From assembly GCA_963662655.2 (NCBI GenBank), contig CAXXTU010000002.1, positions 1,984,001 through 2,048,000 on the forward strand: a stretch of 64,000 nucleotides of DNA, read 5' to 3'. The notes beneath the pieces are model-generated. The model was not told the origin of the DNA. It worked only from the letters and a program-made list of their open reading frames with translations, and did not search any database. The stretch comes from Candidatus Cloacimonadales bacterium. Its GTDB lineage: Bacteria > Cloacimonadota > Cloacimonadia > Cloacimonadales > JAIOQZ01. A program made the translations under genes and the position numbers. This document shows positions 61,184-64,000 of the stretch, one piece after another. Numbering within the stretch: position 1 is the first letter of the stretch; each line of letters starts with the position of its first letter.

Positions 61184-62767
61184 TTATTCTTCCGAAGCGG
61201 TAACGACGAGCTGTATGATCTGATGCAGACTGTTCTTTGTCGTATCGTTCATCGTAATCTCGAGATAGCCATGCTCGTTTTCGTACTTGTACGTCATGGT
61301 GCCGAGGTACTTTTTCATCGTCTCGACCCAGAGATGATTATCGTCATCCATCTCACCCTTGTTGATATAGTCCATGAATTTACTCAGATCGAAGGTCATG
61401 TAAACCGGGAGCTTTCCGATTTTCCCTCGTTCTTCTGCCGGAAGCGGGTTCTCGTTTTTACCGGCCACTAGCTTCTTCATCATCTCCTCGGACGACGTAA
61501 TCATGAGAATGCCGTTCTCGACGTGGAAATACTGTTTTTCTTCGTCGGTCTCGATGCCTTTGTAGCCTTCTCTTTCAAGGAAGCCGCCCAGGAGCTCTCC
61601 CACGGTGGCTTGTACTTTATCGAAAGATTTCTGATCGCCAATCCTCGCAAAGAGAGACATATAGGGATCGCCATCCACAGGCTGGTTGATTACGGTTATC
61701 ATATCACCGGCAAACGCGTCGTAGATGTTGTCGTAGGTGAGGTTGAATTTGGCCATGTAGATCATGCCAAGCGCTATCACGCCGGCATAGTCTTCTATCT
61801 TCTGAATGTCGTCAACCATGGTTCGCATGAAGGTTGGGAAATCGAGTGCGCTCGAGACGAGCATCAGCGCTTCGCCTTCCACCTGCACGACGTCGATGAG
61901 ATCGGAATCGATCCCGGACTTATACAGTTTGGTATACTTCTGCGAGAACGCGGAAAGGGAATCGCCAAGCTCGTACCAGCTATCGGCGGTGATTTTGCCG
62001 TTCTCGAAGTTCATGACCGCGTTGACATAGTTGTCTTCGTTCTTCAGGGTCCGAAGGTCGTAGATATCCGAGTAATCCCAGGGAATGTTCGGGATGGGGA
62101 GGTATCTCATGTTCATCCACATGCGGATGTCCTCGGAGCGAGCAAGCATCGAACCGAGGTTCTGGTCCTTGGTGAATTCAGGCTTGCCTTGCTGATTGAA
62201 CACCTTGTCCATCAGGTTGAGGATATCGTTTTCATCGGCGCTTTCGAGCATATTGTATTCATCGAAGTCTTCCGGCGTAAGGATCGCGAGAACGTTTTCG
62301 TTCGTCCAGCCAACGCAGAGGTCGCCTCCGTCTGTAAACGTATAACGATAAGTTCCCGTATCGTAGATCGAATCCGCTTCCGAGATTGTTTTGAGGGTGT
62401 TTTCATACATCTCGGGGTCCATGAGGGAGAACGCCAGCCCGAAGAGGGTCTTGTTCTGCGGAGCCACGCCGAAGAAGCACGCGTTTTTCTTCGCGTCGAC
62501 ACCCGCGAGATCGAGGTTCATCGCGAGCTTGGTCAGGTGAGATTGCTCGCCGGTTGACTGGATGTTCGCGAGGTCCATTTTCTCCTGGATCTTCGGCACA
62601 TCGAATACCACGATCATGAATGTGCTATCGGGAAGCAGGGGGAGCTGCATCACGATATCTTTCTGAGAGATTGCCGGGCCGCCTTTTGCGTCCTTGCAGC
62701 TTACAAACGAGAAGCTCATGATACCGAGTATCATGACTGTCAGGATTGCTATCCAAAACTTTTTCAT
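61184..62767 (-). CDS. Lipoprotein, DUF4836-like
   Basis: Lipobox FVSC, NFENG motif, C-terminal KNSLHQI; directly upstream of the ATPase/permease pair. Confidence 0.7.
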   Translation of the reverse strand: MKKFWIAILTVMILGIMSFSFVSCKDAKGGPAISQKDIVMQLPLLPDSTFMIVVFDVPKIQEKMDLANIQSTGEQSHLTKLAMNLDLAGVDAKKNACFFGVAPQNKTLFGLAFSLMDPEMYENTLKTISEADSIYDTGTYRYTFTDGGDLCVGWTNENVLAILTPEDFDEYNMLESADENDILNLMDKVFNQQGKPEFTKDQNLGSMLARSEDIRMWMNMRYLPIPNIPWDYSDIYDLRTLKNEDNYVNAVMNFENGKITADSWYELGDSLSAFSQKYTKLYKSGIDSDLIDVVQVEGEALMLVSSALDFPTFMRTMVDDIQKIEDYAGVIALGMIYMAKFNLTYDNIYDAFAGDMITVINQPVDGDPYMSLFARIGDQKSFDKVQATVGELLGGFLEREGYKGIETDEEKQYFHVENGILMITSSEEMMKKLVAGKNENPLPAEERGKIGKLPVYMTFDLSKFMDYINKGEMDDDNHLWVETMKKYLGTMTYKYENEHGYLEITMNDTTKNSLHQIIQLVVTASEE

Positions 62768-62891
62768 ACGATCTCCTTATGGTGATTAAAATGTTATTCT
62801 TTCATCAATAAAGCATTTCTGCATGCACTTCGTCATGCTGTTCATCGATTTATTTTTGTAAAGTAATTAAACACATTGTGGTGGTTGAGTC

Positions 62892-64000
62892 CTACTTACC
62901 TCCCGCCCATTCGTGAAGGAATTTTCCGATGTCCGTATTGTCGATGTAGTCACCGTAAACCGGGTCGCTTCCCTTAACACTTTGCTGGAACTTCTGCGAT
63001 CCGTTTCCCTTTGAGAAGAGCGGCACGAGGGAATTCGTATGTTTGCGACCGTGCCATCTCAGTTCAGGAACCTGGCCTGCGCCCGACTGCGGAACGGGAA
63101 CGTTTTCGCTCATGTTCTCCAGGCTTCCGGGACCTGTCAGATAGCCGCATTCGTGATCAGCGGTGATAACAAGAAGATTCTCATCCCAGCCGCCGTGGCT
63201 TTCGATCCAGTTTACGACTGTTTCCACGGCATCGATAAAATCCTGCTGCTCCTCAATCAGTCTGCCCGTCTGGCTGTGGTGCGCAGCCCAGTCAACTGCG
63301 CCGCCCTCGATCATGAGGAAAAAACCGTCCGGATCGTCGGACAGGTTATCAAGCGCGACTTTCGATAGAAGCACAAGGTTGGGCAGGCTATCCTGGAATG
63401 GCACTTCGTATGGCATCGCGGTTCGATCGCCCTTGCGTTCCTGCTGCAACGTATGGTAGCATTTGGGTATTCCGAGGATACGCTTTGTATTATCTGTATC
63501 CACCGAGTTCTCAAACTCCGCAACATCGCTGATGAGAAACCAGGGATCCGGTGTGCCGTCGCCGTTGCAATCGCCAGCGTAAAAATCTATCTGCCCGTCG
63601 CTGTCGTGATCAAACGCGGTTGCTCCCTGCTGAAGCGCTTGCCAGACGGCTTCTCCGCCAACGTACTTGCATTTTCCGCCTGTCGGATATCCACAGCCGA
63701 TGATTACATCGACCTGGCTGGCGATCATTTGGTGGGCAATCTCCGTATAATAGGAACGTGACGGTTGATGAGCCACGAATCCCGCCGGGGTCGCGTGAGA
63801 AAACATAACCGTCGTGACGACGCCTGCTTTACGGCCATTTTTCTTGGCAAGCTCCGTGACGTTGGAAAGGGGATTCTTCTCCGTATCCATCCCGAGGATT
63901 CCTTTATACGTCTTCTCGCCGCAGGCCATAGCTGTCGCTGCCGCGGCAGAGTCCGTGAATTTATCGGCTATCCAGACCGAATCCGCCCATGCTTTTTGCG
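62892..64000 (-). CDS. Alkaline phosphatase (5' end outside window)
   Basis: TDSAAAATA active-site Ser, HATPA, MIEGGAVDWAAH, TADHE, HTN. Confidence 0.92.
   Translation of the reverse strand, partial: QKAWADSVWIADKFTDSAAAATAMACGEKTYKGILGMDTEKNPLSNVTELAKKNGRKAGVVTTVMFSHATPAGFVAHQPSRSYYTEIAHQMIASQVDVIIGCGYPTGGKCKYVGGEAVWQALQQGATAFDHDSDGQIDFYAGDCNGDGTPDPWFLISDVAEFENSVDTDNTKRILGIPKCYHTLQQERKGDRTAMPYEVPFQDSLPNLVLLSKVALDNLSDDPDGFFLMIEGGAVDWAAHHSQTGRLIEEQQDFIDAVETVVNWIESHGGWDENLLVITADHECGYLTGPGSLENMSENVPVPQSGAGQVPELRWHGRKHTNSLVPLFSKGNGSQKFQQSVKGSDPVYGDYIDNTDIGKFLHEWAGGK

Overview
Bacterial chromosomal window. It is probably from a diderm FCB-group anaerobe, possibly Cloacimonadota; this is an inference from gene content only. 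In order it contains: (1) clpX; (2) a ~20 kb minus-strand glycan-modification cluster with a TPR-GT2, two AsnB-type amidotransferases, two sulfotransferases, two GT4s, a methyltransferase, an epimerase, two DegT aminotransferases, a GNAT/FemAB-like protein, a B12-type radical SAM enzyme and a membrane GT-C/TPR protein. Its distal genes and the next gene carry six apparent single-base frameshifts that look like long-read errors; (3) a ~26 kb signalling island with six histidine kinases besides CheA, REC-HD, REC-HDOD and REC-Cys-motif regulators, a double-Hpt cheA, cheW, a free Cache protein, an MCP, cheR and cheB; (4) an [FeFe]-hydrogenase maturation operon, TM1266-hydG-aspA-hydE-hydF; (5) a DUF5916-like outer-membrane protein, an HD hydrolase, a DUF4836/ABC triad and a partial alkaline phosphatase. 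The most striking non-coding signals are two. First, two ~125-nt elements 54 kb apart (1327-1451, 55667-55792) fold into the same multi-segment hairpin, with covarying stems and conserved loop motifs. Second, a ~95-nt leader of the hyd maturation operon has a riboswitch-like, mutually exclusive RBS-sequestering architecture. A REP/MITE-like palindrome family is also present. No rRNA, tRNA, CRISPR array or transposase was recognised.
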